A stretch of DNA of 64,000 nt from an uncultured Chloroflexia bacterium (lineage in GTDB: Bacteria > Chloroflexota > Limnocylindria > Limnocylindrales > CSP1-4), in contig CAWIDI010000004.1 in the NCBI GenBank assembly GCA_963834915.1, forward strand, positions 146,562 to 210,561. The letters run 5' to 3'. The notes under the pieces were generated by a model. That model was given only the letters and a program-made list of their open reading frames with translations, had not been told where the DNA came from and did no database searches. This document shows, in pieces, positions 1 through 7,635 of the stretch (position 1 is its first letter; each line of letters starts with the position of its first letter). The translations under genes were made by a program, and so were the position numbers.

Positions 1-1221
1 CGTCGACCGGGGCGTGACGGTCAGCCCGAACCCCAGCCCGAAGGCGGCCAGCGTGAGCGCCACCGACTCGATCGATGTCTCCGGGGTCCAGCGCGACATG
101 GCGGCCAGCCCGGCGATCGCGAACACGAGGCCGATGAGCGTCACCGCCCGGAGCGAGAGGACCCGGACCGCGAAACCCGAGCCCAGCGCCCCGACCGCGG
201 TCGCGCCCGCGAGCGCCCCGAGGGCCAGGCGCTGCTGGTCCGGCCCGCCGTAGAGCACGCGGTCGACGAAGACGGCCGCCCCGATGATCGCGGTCGCGAA
301 GGCGTAGCCGGTCAGCAGCGAGACGAGCGACGCCGCGGAGAAGACGCGGTCCTTGAAGAGCCGCGGATCGAGGAACGGGTCGGCCTGGCGCAGGCCGTGC
401 CGGACGGCGATCAGCGTGGCCACGACCGCCGCGGCCAGCAGGCCCGCCGTGACCGCGGCCGGCTCGACGGCGCTGCCCGCGATCGAATCGGTCCCGACGA
501 GCGTCAGCCCGACGAGGCCCAGGAACAGCGCCAAACCGAACCACGCGGCCCCGGGCAGGTCCAGGCGCCCGGGCCGGCGCGGCGTGTCCCAGCCCGCCGA
601 TGCGGCCCACCCCAGCAGCAGCGCGATCAGTCCGATCGGGATGTTGACGAAGAAGACCCATCGCCATGCCGGCGCGAGGAACGGGTCGAGCGCGTCGCCA
701 CCGAAGGCGCCCTCGGCGTGGATCGAGCCCAGGATCGTGGCGCCGACGAACGGCCCCGCCGCCATCCCGAGGAACGTGAGGGCGCCGATGACGCCGAGCG
801 CGCGCGGCCGGTCCGGGCCGTCGAACAGGTGGGCCGCGGCGGCGGTCGCGACCGGCACCAGGACGCCGCCGCCGGCCGCCTGGAGGAGGCGTGCGGCGAT
901 CAGTTGGTCCATCGATTGCGACAGCCCGGCGAGCGCGGAACCCACGATGAAGATCGCCAGCCCGGCCATGAACGGCCGCCGCGCGCCCCACAGGTCGGTC
1001 ATCCGGCCCGCGAGCGGCATCATGAGGATGTACACCAGCAGATAGCCGTTGATGATCCACGACGCCTTGCGCAGCTCGACCCACGCCGTCCCCTTCGAGG
1101 GGTCGGCGAGGTCCTCGAGGATCGACGGCAGCGCGACGGCCGTGATCATCAGCTCGAGCCCGGACAGGAAGACGCCCACCCCGAAGACGGTGAGCAGGAC
1201 GAGCGCGGACCGGCGGGTCAT
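1..1221 (-). CDS. MFS transporter, DHA2/EmrB-QacA-like (C-terminus runs off the window start)
   Basis: My own minus-strand translation from ATG 1221-1219 gives MTRRSALVLLTVFGVGVFLSGLELMITAVALPSILEDL...INGYLLVYILMMPLAGRMTDLWGARRPF... There is no stop codon down to base 1 and many hydrophobic spans. It is absent from the ORF track, presumably because it has no in-window stop. Confidence 0.8.
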   Translation of the reverse strand, partial: MTRRSALVLLTVFGVGVFLSGLELMITAVALPSILEDLADPSKGTAWVELRKASWIINGYLLVYILMMPLAGRMTDLWGARRPFMAGLAIFIVGSALAGLSQSMDQLIAARLLQAAGGGVLVPVATAAAAHLFDGPDRPRALGVIGALTFLGMAAGPFVGATILGSIHAEGAFGGDALDPFLAPAWRWVFFVNIPIGLIALLLGWAASAGWDTPRRPGRLDLPGAAWFGLALFLGLVGLTLVGTDSIAGSAVEPAAVTAGLLAAAVVATLIAVRHGLRQADPFLDPRLFKDRVFSAASLVSLLTGYAFATAIIGAAVFVDRVLYGGPDQQRLALGALAGATAVGALGSGFAVRVLSLRAVTLIGLVFAIAGLAAMSRWTPETSIESVALTLAAFGLGFGLTVTPRST

Positions 1222-1249
1222 GGCCGGGAGTGTAGTGGCGTCCTCCGTC

Positions 1250-1279
1250 TTGACATCCGCCGGGCCACCGGCTTAGCAT
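1250..1279 (+). promoter_or_regulatory. sigma-70/SigA-type promoter for the ArsR gene (TTGACA-N18-TAGCAT)
   Basis: TTGACA at 1250-1255 and TAGCAT at 1274-1279 (TANNNT type). It lies in the 83-nt divergent intergenic region between the MFS and ArsR genes. Confidence 0.45.
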
Positions 1280-1309
1280 CAACTTTCGTTGATATCAACC
1301 GCCGTTGAT
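1278..1309. promoter_or_regulatory. Tandem inverted-repeat operator: ATCAAC-N4-GTTGAT, twice
   Basis: Sequence is ATCAACtttcGTTGATATCAACcgccGTTGAT. The two units share a central GTTGATATCAAC palindrome. The site overlaps the -10 element and the ArsR start codon (TTG 1305 / ATG 1308). Confidence 0.55.
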
Positions 1310-1670
1310 GCGACGCCCCCAGGAGTCCCCCGAGACCGTGCCGACCCCAGCGCACATCCGCACGACCATCGCGTCGATCGTCATCCAGCCCGATGACCTG
1401 CGCGACCTGCGCGCCTTCCACAAGGCCCTCGCCGACGTGAACCGCCTGCGCATCGTCCGGCGGCTGGCCGAGGGCGACGCGTCGATCCGCGAGCTCATCG
1501 CGCACGTGGGCCTGAGCCAGCCGCTCGTCAGCCATCACCTCAAGCGCCTCCGCACCGCCGGGCTCATCCAGAGCCATCGTGTCGGCCGTGAGACCATCTG
1601 CAGCCTTCGGCCCGAGGCCTTCGGCGAGGTCGCCGAGCGCGAGCGCGCCATCCTCGGCCTAGCCAGCTAG
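1305..1670 (+). CDS. ArsR/SmtB-family metalloregulatory transcriptional repressor
   Basis: The 121-aa ORF carries a wHTH signature ([51 protein letters not shown]). It is divergent from the efflux pump. Confidence 0.85.
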   Translation: MMRRPQESPETVPTPAHIRTTIASIVIQPDDLRDLRAFHKALADVNRLRIVRRLAEGDASIRELIAHVGLSQPLVSHHLKRLRTAGLIQSHRVGRETICSLRPEAFGEVAERERAILGLAS

Positions 1671-1691
1671 TCCGGTCCGCGACCCACGACG

Positions 1692-2330
1692 ATGACCATC
1701 TCCAACGACTCCCGCGACCGCGTCAAGAAGACCTTCGAGCCGATCGCGCTCGCGATGGGCCGCGCCGGCCTGACGCCGAACGCCCTGACCCTGATCGGGT
1801 TCGGGATCACGACCGTCGGCGCCGTCCTGGTCGGCCTCCAGCTCTGGATCGTCGGCGGTCTCGTCGTCTTCGTGGGCGGGGTCTTCGACATGTTCGATGG
1901 CACGCTCGCCCGGGCGACCGGCAAGGCGAGCCGGCTGGGCGCCTTCATGGACTCCACCTTCGACAAGGCCGGCGAGATCATCGTCTTCCTCGGCGTCATC
2001 GCCGGGCTCGAGGCCGCGGGCGCCACGGACGTGCCGATCCTCGTGGCCGCCTCCGCGATGGGCGCCTCGGTCATGGTCAGCTACGCCCGCGCCAAGTCCG
2101 ACGCCCTCGGCTACTCGGCCGGGATGGGGCTGGCCTCGGTGGGGATCATGCCGCGCGAGGTCCGCCTCGTCATCATCTCGCTCGGGATCGTCCTCTCGGG
2201 GACGAGCATCGGCACCACGGCCATCCAGTTCGCCCTCGGGGTCGTCCTCGTCGGCGCCGTCATCACCATCGTCCAGCGGATCCTGTACGTCCGCGGCCAG
2301 GATCAGCAGCAAACCACCGGGACCAAGTAG
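1692..2330 (+). CDS. pgsA1: CDP-alcohol phosphatidyltransferase, likely phosphatidylinositol-phosphate synthase
   Basis: Carries the motif [30 protein letters not shown], i.e. D(x2)DG(x2)AR...G(x3)D(x3)D. It is a multi-TM protein. The PI specificity is inferred from the adjacent ino1, acyltransferase and pimA-like genes. Confidence 0.75.
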   Translation: MTISNDSRDRVKKTFEPIALAMGRAGLTPNALTLIGFGITTVGAVLVGLQLWIVGGLVVFVGGVFDMFDGTLARATGKASRLGAFMDSTFDKAGEIIVFLGVIAGLEAAGATDVPILVAASAMGASVMVSYARAKSDALGYSAGMGLASVGIMPREVRLVIISLGIVLSGTSIGTTAIQFALGVVLVGAVITIVQRILYVRGQDQQQTTGTK

Positions 2331-2347
2331 GAGCAACGGAGAACGAC

Positions 2348-3589
2348 GTGAGCAAGAACGGCAGCAACGGCAAGAACGGCTCGACGCCGACCAACACCTG
2401 GGCAGGCGCCGGTCGCCGCGGCGACGGCAAGATCCGCGTAGCGATCGTCGGCGTCGGCAACTGCGCGAGCAGCCTCGTCCAGGGGCGCTACTACTACGAG
2501 GACGCCAAGGAGGACGACTTCGTCCCCGGGCTGATGCACGTCAACCTGGGCGGCTACCACGTCCGCGACATCGACTTCGTGGCGGCCTTCGACATCGACA
2601 AGAACAAGGTCGGCAAGGACCTGTCCGAGGCGATCTACACGAAGCCGAACAACACCTTCGTCTTCCAGCAGGTCGCCGCGACCGGCGTGACCGTCGAGCG
2701 CGGCATGGTCCACGACGGCCTCGGCAAGTACCTCAGCCAGATCATCGAGAAGGCGCCCGGGGAGACCGCCGACATCGTCGGCATCCTCAAGGAGCGCGAG
2801 GTCGACGTGATGGTCTCCTACCTGCCGGTCGGCAGCGAGGAAGCCACCAAGTGGTACGCGGAGCAGGCCCTCGCCGCCGGCGTCGGCTTCGTGAACGCGA
2901 TCCCGGTCTTCATCGGCCGCGAGCCGTACTGGCAGCGCCGCTTCGCCGACGCCGGCCTGCCGCTCATCGGCGACGACATCAAGAGCCAGGTCGGCGCGAC
3001 CATCAGCCACCGCGTGCTCACCCGCCTGTTCATGGACCGCGGCGTCCGCCTGGACCGCACCTACCAGCTGAACTTCGGCGGCAACACGGACTTCCTGAAC
3101 ATGCTCGAGCGCGAGCGCCTCGAGTCCAAGAAGATCTCGAAGACCAACGCGGTCACCTCGATGCTCGACTACGAGCTCGACGACGAGGACATCCACGTCG
3201 GCCCGAGCGACCACGTGCCGTGGCTCAAGGACCGCAAGTGGTGCTACATCCGGATGGAGGGCACCACCTTCGGCGACGTGCCGCTCAACGCCGAGCTCAA
3301 GCTCGAGGTCTGGGACAGCCCCAACAGCGCCGGCGTCATCACCGACGCGATCCGCTGCCTGAAGCTGGGCCTCGACCGCGGGCTCAAGGGCACGCTCGTG
3401 GCCCCGTCGAGCTACTTCATGAAGAGCCCGCCGCAGCAGATCCACGACGACATCGCGTTCAACCGGGTCGAGGCGTTCATCCGCGGCGAGGACGACGAGA
3501 CCCTCGTCGGCACCGAGAAGCTGGTCAAGCGGACCTACCGCAAGCTCGCGGGGACGAAGGCCAAGGTCGCGACCGCCGCCGCGAAGTGA
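2348..3589 (+). CDS. ino1: myo-inositol-1-phosphate synthase
   Basis: The 413-aa ORF has an NAD-binding N-terminus ([21 protein letters not shown]) and is conserved along its length ([21 protein letters not shown]...). Confidence 0.9.
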   Translation: MSKNGSNGKNGSTPTNTWAGAGRRGDGKIRVAIVGVGNCASSLVQGRYYYEDAKEDDFVPGLMHVNLGGYHVRDIDFVAAFDIDKNKVGKDLSEAIYTKPNNTFVFQQVAATGVTVERGMVHDGLGKYLSQIIEKAPGETADIVGILKEREVDVMVSYLPVGSEEATKWYAEQALAAGVGFVNAIPVFIGREPYWQRRFADAGLPLIGDDIKSQVGATISHRVLTRLFMDRGVRLDRTYQLNFGGNTDFLNMLERERLESKKISKTNAVTSMLDYELDDEDIHVGPSDHVPWLKDRKWCYIRMEGTTFGDVPLNAELKLEVWDSPNSAGVITDAIRCLKLGLDRGLKGTLVAPSSYFMKSPPQQIHDDIAFNRVEAFIRGEDDETLVGTEKLVKRTYRKLAGTKAKVATAAAK

Positions 3590-4650
3590 CCGAAGGGGAG
3601 CGCGGACCCGCCGTCCCGAGTCCGCGCTCGCGCCGGCTCGAGGCACCGCATCGACGCGGGGGCAGCAGCCCCCGCGTCGTCGAGCGTCTAGCCCTCATCG
3701 GCTATCGCTCGACGGCGTGGATCCTGTCGGTGGTGTCGCCGCGCCTCGCGGCCGCACTCATCGGCCGCTTCTCGCAGCTCTCCTACCTGCTCTGGCCCAC
3801 CAAGCGACACTGGTCCAACCAGAACTACGGCCACGTCCTGGGGCTGCCGCCGGGCGACCCGCGGGTGCGCCGCCTTGCGCTGCGCGCCTACTACGAGTAC
3901 GGCCGCTACCTCGTCGAGCTCATGCGCCTGCCGTCGCGGCCGCCGGGCGAGGTCGCCGACCTGGTGCCGGACCTGGACGCCGAGACCATCCGCGACCAGT
4001 GGCACGGCGCGGACGGCGGCGGCCTGATCTTCGCGGTCGGCCACGTCGGGAACAACGAGGCGGTGGCCGCCGCGATCGCCCGGCACAGCCTGCCGATCAG
4101 CGTCGTCGCCGACGACTCCTCGTTCCCGGAGCTGTTCGACCTGCTCCGCCGGCAACGCGAGGCATGGGGAGTGAAGGTCGTCGCGTGGCGCAACCTGCGC
4201 GAGATCTTCGCGGTGCTGCGCCGTCGCGAGATGCTGGCTCTGCTCATCGACTGGGGCTACCGCGAGGACGGGATCCCGGTGACGCTGTTCGGTGCCTGGA
4301 CGACGCTCCCCGCCGGGCCGGCGACCCTCGCCGCGCGGACGAAGTCCCGGATCCTGCCGATCTCGATCCGCCGCCGCGCGGACGCGTGCTTCGACGTCTC
4401 GTGGCCGGCGCCCATCGACCTCGCCTCGGACGATCCGGCCGAGCTCCAGCGCGCGACGCAGGCCCTGGCCGACTGGCTCGCCGGGAACATCGCGGCCGCA
4501 CCGGAGCAGTGGTACAGCTTCAAGCCGATCTGGCCGGCGACCGCCTGGGAAGCGGCCGAGCTCGAGCGCCGCGCCGGCGAGATGCAGGCTGGCCGGCCCG
4601 ATCCTGGCCCCGGGCTGGCCCACGCGCCGCGCGAGGTCGCGAACCCGTGA
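3586..4650 (+). CDS. Lysophospholipid/lipid A-type acyltransferase (HtrB/PatA-like), copy 1
   Basis: This is the C-terminal part of track ORF 1897..4650 (...[19 protein letters not shown]...[40 protein letters not shown]...[10 protein letters not shown]). The proposed GTG start at 3586 overlaps the ino1 stop (GTGA). The start is uncertain. Confidence 0.7.
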   Translation: MTEGERGPAVPSPRSRRLEAPHRRGGSSPRVVERLALIGYRSTAWILSVVSPRLAAALIGRFSQLSYLLWPTKRHWSNQNYGHVLGLPPGDPRVRRLALRAYYEYGRYLVELMRLPSRPPGEVADLVPDLDAETIRDQWHGADGGGLIFAVGHVGNNEAVAAAIARHSLPISVVADDSSFPELFDLLRRQREAWGVKVVAWRNLREIFAVLRRREMLALLIDWGYREDGIPVTLFGAWTTLPAGPATLAARTKSRILPISIRRRADACFDVSWPAPIDLASDDPAELQRATQALADWLAGNIAAAPEQWYSFKPIWPATAWEAAELERRAGEMQAGRPDPGPGLAHAPREVANP

Positions 4651-5582
4651 GCTCGCTCGCGCGCCGGCTCCGCGGCCGGGCCCTCATCGCAGCATCGTGG
4701 CTGGCGTGCCACCTGCCCGAGGGTCCGCAGGTGCGGCTCGCCATCCTGGCCGGCGACGTCTGGTACCGGCTCGCTCCCGATCGCGCGGCCCAGGCGCGGC
4801 GCAACCTCCGGCGCGTCGCCACGTCGCTCGCGGAGCGCGGCCGCGGCAGTCCGGCCGTTCGCGCGGCGGCCACAGATCCGCGAGCGCTGGAGCGCCTCGT
4901 CAAGTCGGCCTTCCGGCACAGCGCGCGGTACTACCTCGAGGTGGCGCGGACGCCGGCGCTGCGGCCGGGCGACCTGGAGGGCCGGCTCCTCGTCGAGACG
5001 CCCGAGGTCATCGAGGCGGCCTTCGGCTCGAAGCAGGCCGTGATCTTCGTCGGGCTCCATTTCGGGGCGATCGAGCTGCCGGCACTCTTCCTGGCGGCAC
5101 GAGTCGGCGGGGCGGTCGCACCGATGGAGACCATCGACGACGCCGCGCTCCAGGCCTGGTTCGTGCGGACGCGCGGCGCGGCGGGGATCCGCATCGTCGG
5201 GCTGCGCGAGGCCCGCCGCGAGCTGCTCGCCGCGCTGCGTGCCGGCACCCCGGTCGGCCTCGTCGGGGACCGCGACCTGACCGGCGGCGGGATGCCCGTC
5301 GAGCTCTTCGGGGCGTCGGCGCAGCTGCCGCTCGGCCCGGCGATGCTCGCGGTCGAGAGCGGGGCGCCGCCGTACGTCGTCGGCGTCCGGCGGGCGGGGG
5401 TCGGGCGCTATCGTGGACGCCTCGCAGCGGTGCACGTGCCAGGGACGGGGACGCGCCGGGAACGGGTCGAAGGGACGATGAAGGGGCTGGCAGCCGAGTT
5501 CGAACGGGTCATCGAGGACGCGCCCGACCAGTGGTGGGCGGTCTTCTTCCCGATCTGGCCGGACCTCGAGGCCGTGGCATGA
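4647..5582 (+). CDS. Lysophospholipid/lipid A-type acyltransferase (HtrB/PatA-like), copy 2
   Basis: This is the C-terminal part of track ORF 3717..5582 ([10 protein letters not shown]...VIFVGLHFGAIELPALF...GLVGDRDLTGGGMPVELFGASAQLPLGPAMLAVESGAPPYVV...DQWWAVFFPIWPD). GTG 4647 overlaps the upstream stop (GTGA). Confidence 0.75.
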   Translation: MSSLARRLRGRALIAASWLACHLPEGPQVRLAILAGDVWYRLAPDRAAQARRNLRRVATSLAERGRGSPAVRAAATDPRALERLVKSAFRHSARYYLEVARTPALRPGDLEGRLLVETPEVIEAAFGSKQAVIFVGLHFGAIELPALFLAARVGGAVAPMETIDDAALQAWFVRTRGAAGIRIVGLREARRELLAALRAGTPVGLVGDRDLTGGGMPVELFGASAQLPLGPAMLAVESGAPPYVVGVRRAGVGRYRGRLAAVHVPGTGTRRERVEGTMKGLAAEFERVIEDAPDQWWAVFFPIWPDLEAVA

Positions 5583-6397
5583 CCGAGCCGTCCGCCGAGC
5601 CCGTCCGGCCGGGTCGCGCCGACCTCCACATCCACACGGTCGCCTCCGACGGGACCGCGTCCGTGACCCAGATCCTCGACCACGTCGCGGCCAGCGGCAT
5701 GCTCGATGTCATCGCGATCGCCGACCACGAGCGGATCGACGCGGCGCTCGCGGCGCGGGCCATGGCGCGAGACCGCGGCCTGGCGCTGGAGGTCATCGTG
5801 GGCGAGGAGGTGACGACCCTCGGCGGCCACCTCCTGGCGCTCTACCTGGAGGAGCCGGTCCGCTCCTATCGCTCGCTGCGCACGACCATCGCGGCCGTCC
5901 ACGACGCCGGCGGCCTCGCCATCCCGGCCCACCCGCTCGTCCCGTACCCGCTCTGCGCGCAGGGACGGACGCTCCGCCGGCTCCTCGACGACCCCGACCC
6001 GCGCGTCCACCCGGACGCCCTCGAGACCTTCAACCCCACCGCCCTCGGGCGACCCCTCCACGACCGCGTCGTCCGGTTCGCCGACGAGCACGGCCTCGCC
6101 CACATCGGCAACAGCGACGCCCACGCCCTGGACGCGATCGGGGTGGGCTGGACGTCGTTCGAGGGACGGACCGCCGCCGACCTGCGGGCGTCGATCGCGT
6201 CGGGCACGACCGAGCATCACGGCACGTTCCACGACACGACGGGTCAGCTCGGGACCTTCGGCGAGCAGCTGCGCAAGCGCCGCCGCGACGCCCGCGACGA
6301 GCTCGTCGGCCGCCTCCGCCGCGACGGGACCGGCCGCGACCACGGCTACCCCGGCGGCCGCGCCCGCCCGCCGCGCTTCGACGAGGGCGCCCGGTGA
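5579..6397 (+). CDS. PHP-domain metal-dependent phosphoesterase
   Basis: N-terminus is MTEPSAEPVRPGRADLHIHTVASDG, with later ...AIADHE..., ...IPAHP... and ...NSDAH..., a typical PHP His/Asp pattern. The ATG overlaps the upstream stop (ATGA), and its own stop overlaps the pimA-like GTG (GTGA). Confidence 0.8.
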   Translation: MTEPSAEPVRPGRADLHIHTVASDGTASVTQILDHVAASGMLDVIAIADHERIDAALAARAMARDRGLALEVIVGEEVTTLGGHLLALYLEEPVRSYRSLRTTIAAVHDAGGLAIPAHPLVPYPLCAQGRTLRRLLDDPDPRVHPDALETFNPTALGRPLHDRVVRFADEHGLAHIGNSDAHALDAIGVGWTSFEGRTAADLRASIASGTTEHHGTFHDTTGQLGTFGEQLRKRRRDARDELVGRLRRDGTGRDHGYPGGRARPPRFDEGAR

Positions 6398-7635
6398 AGA
6401 TCGGCCTCGTCTGCCCGTACATCTACCCGGAGGCCGGGGGCGTCGCCCAGCATGTCCGCTTCCTGTACGAGAACCTCCGCCAGGCGGGCCACGATGTCCG
6501 GATCATCACCGCCAGCCACGGCCCGCAGCGGTCGTCAGAGGGCGACATCCTGCGCATCGGCGTGGGCTTCTCGATGCCCACCAACGGGTCGGTCGGGACG
6601 CTCACGTTCTCGCCGCGCTATCTCAGCCAGGTCCGCGCGTTGCTGGCTCGCGAGCGATTCGACGTGCTCCACTTCCACGAGCCCTTCGTCCCGTTCCTGT
6701 CGCTGTTCCTCCTCCGCGAATCGACCAGCGTCAACATCGCGACGTTCCACGCCTACGCGGGCTTCTCGCCGTCGTACGAATTGGGGAGCCGGCTGATGCG
6801 CCGCCACGCGGCGCGGCTCCACGGGCGCATCGCGGTCAGCGCGGCCGCCCGCCACTTCATCGACCGGTTCTTCCCCGGCGACTACAAGGTCATCCCCAAC
6901 GGCGTCGACATCGCCCGCTTCGCCAACGCCGTCCCGATCTCGCGCTGGCAGGACGACGCGCCGAACCTGCTGTTCGTCGGTCGCCACGAGCCGCGGAAGG
7001 GCCTGCTGGACCTGCTGAAGGCGCAGCGCATGCTGCGCAAGACCGGCCACGGGACGCGATTGCTGATCGTGGGCTCGGGTCCCCAAGAGCGCGAGGCGCG
7101 CCGCTACGTGGCCACACGTGGCCTCCAGGGGGTCGAGTTCCTGGGTCGCGTCAGTGACGCCGAGAAGGCCCAGCTCTACCGGACCGCGCGGGTGTTCGTC
7201 TCGCCCGCCACCGGCGGCGAGTCGTTCGGGATCGTGCTGCTCGAGGCGATGGCCGCCGGGACGCCCATCGTCTGCTCGGACATCCATGGCTACAAGGGCG
7301 TGGTCCGGCGCGACCGCGAGGGCCTGCTGGTCCCGCCGCATCAGCCGAAGGAGCTCGCGACCGCGATCGCGCGGGTGCTCGAGGAGCCGGGGCTGGCCGA
7401 GCGCATGGGCGCCGCCGGGCGGGAACGCGCCGAGGACTTCAGCTGGCCGCGCGTGACCCTCAAGGTCGAGGAGTACTACGGATTCGTCATCCGCCGGCTC
7501 GCGGCGGCGGGCCAGCTCCCGGCCGGGTTCAACGCCCCGATCCCTCAGGCGCCGCCGGTCCGCGCCAGGCTGTCCGTGTCGTCAGGGGCCGGCTCGCCGG
7601 ACGCCAGCGACAGCCTCCAGACCGAGGTCGAGTAG
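6394..7635 (+). CDS. pimA: GT4 glycosyltransferase, PimA-like phosphatidylinositol mannosyltransferase
   Basis: N-terminus is MKIGLVCPYIYPEAGGVAQHV, with the GT-B C-terminal motif ...ATGGESFGIVLLEAMAAGTPIV. The operon context is the same as the mycobacterial pgsA1-patA-pimA cluster. The last 91 nt overlap the convergent giant gene. Confidence 0.8.
   Translation: MKIGLVCPYIYPEAGGVAQHVRFLYENLRQAGHDVRIITASHGPQRSSEGDILRIGVGFSMPTNGSVGTLTFSPRYLSQVRALLARERFDVLHFHEPFVPFLSLFLLRESTSVNIATFHAYAGFSPSYELGSRLMRRHAARLHGRIAVSAAARHFIDRFFPGDYKVIPNGVDIARFANAVPISRWQDDAPNLLFVGRHEPRKGLLDLLKAQRMLRKTGHGTRLLIVGSGPQEREARRYVATRGLQGVEFLGRVSDAEKAQLYRTARVFVSPATGGESFGIVLLEAMAAGTPIVCSDIHGYKGVVRRDREGLLVPPHQPKELATAIARVLEEPGLAERMGAAGRERAEDFSWPRVTLKVEEYYGFVIRRLAAAGQLPAGFNAPIPQAPPVRARLSVSSGAGSPDASDSLQTEVE

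Noticed and set aside
397-1308. Long plus-strand ORFs (353..1045 and 397..1308) over the first 1.3 kb
   Set aside because: Their translations are Arg/Pro/Gly/Asp-rich nonsense. The opposite strand encodes a clean multi-TM MFS transporter with no stop. They are typical high-GC shadow ORFs.
1897-3585. N-terminal 560 aa of the 917-aa track ORF 1897..4650
   Set aside because: This part is out of frame over pgsA1 and ino1 and is Arg/Pro-rich. Only the part from about 3586 matches an acyltransferase.
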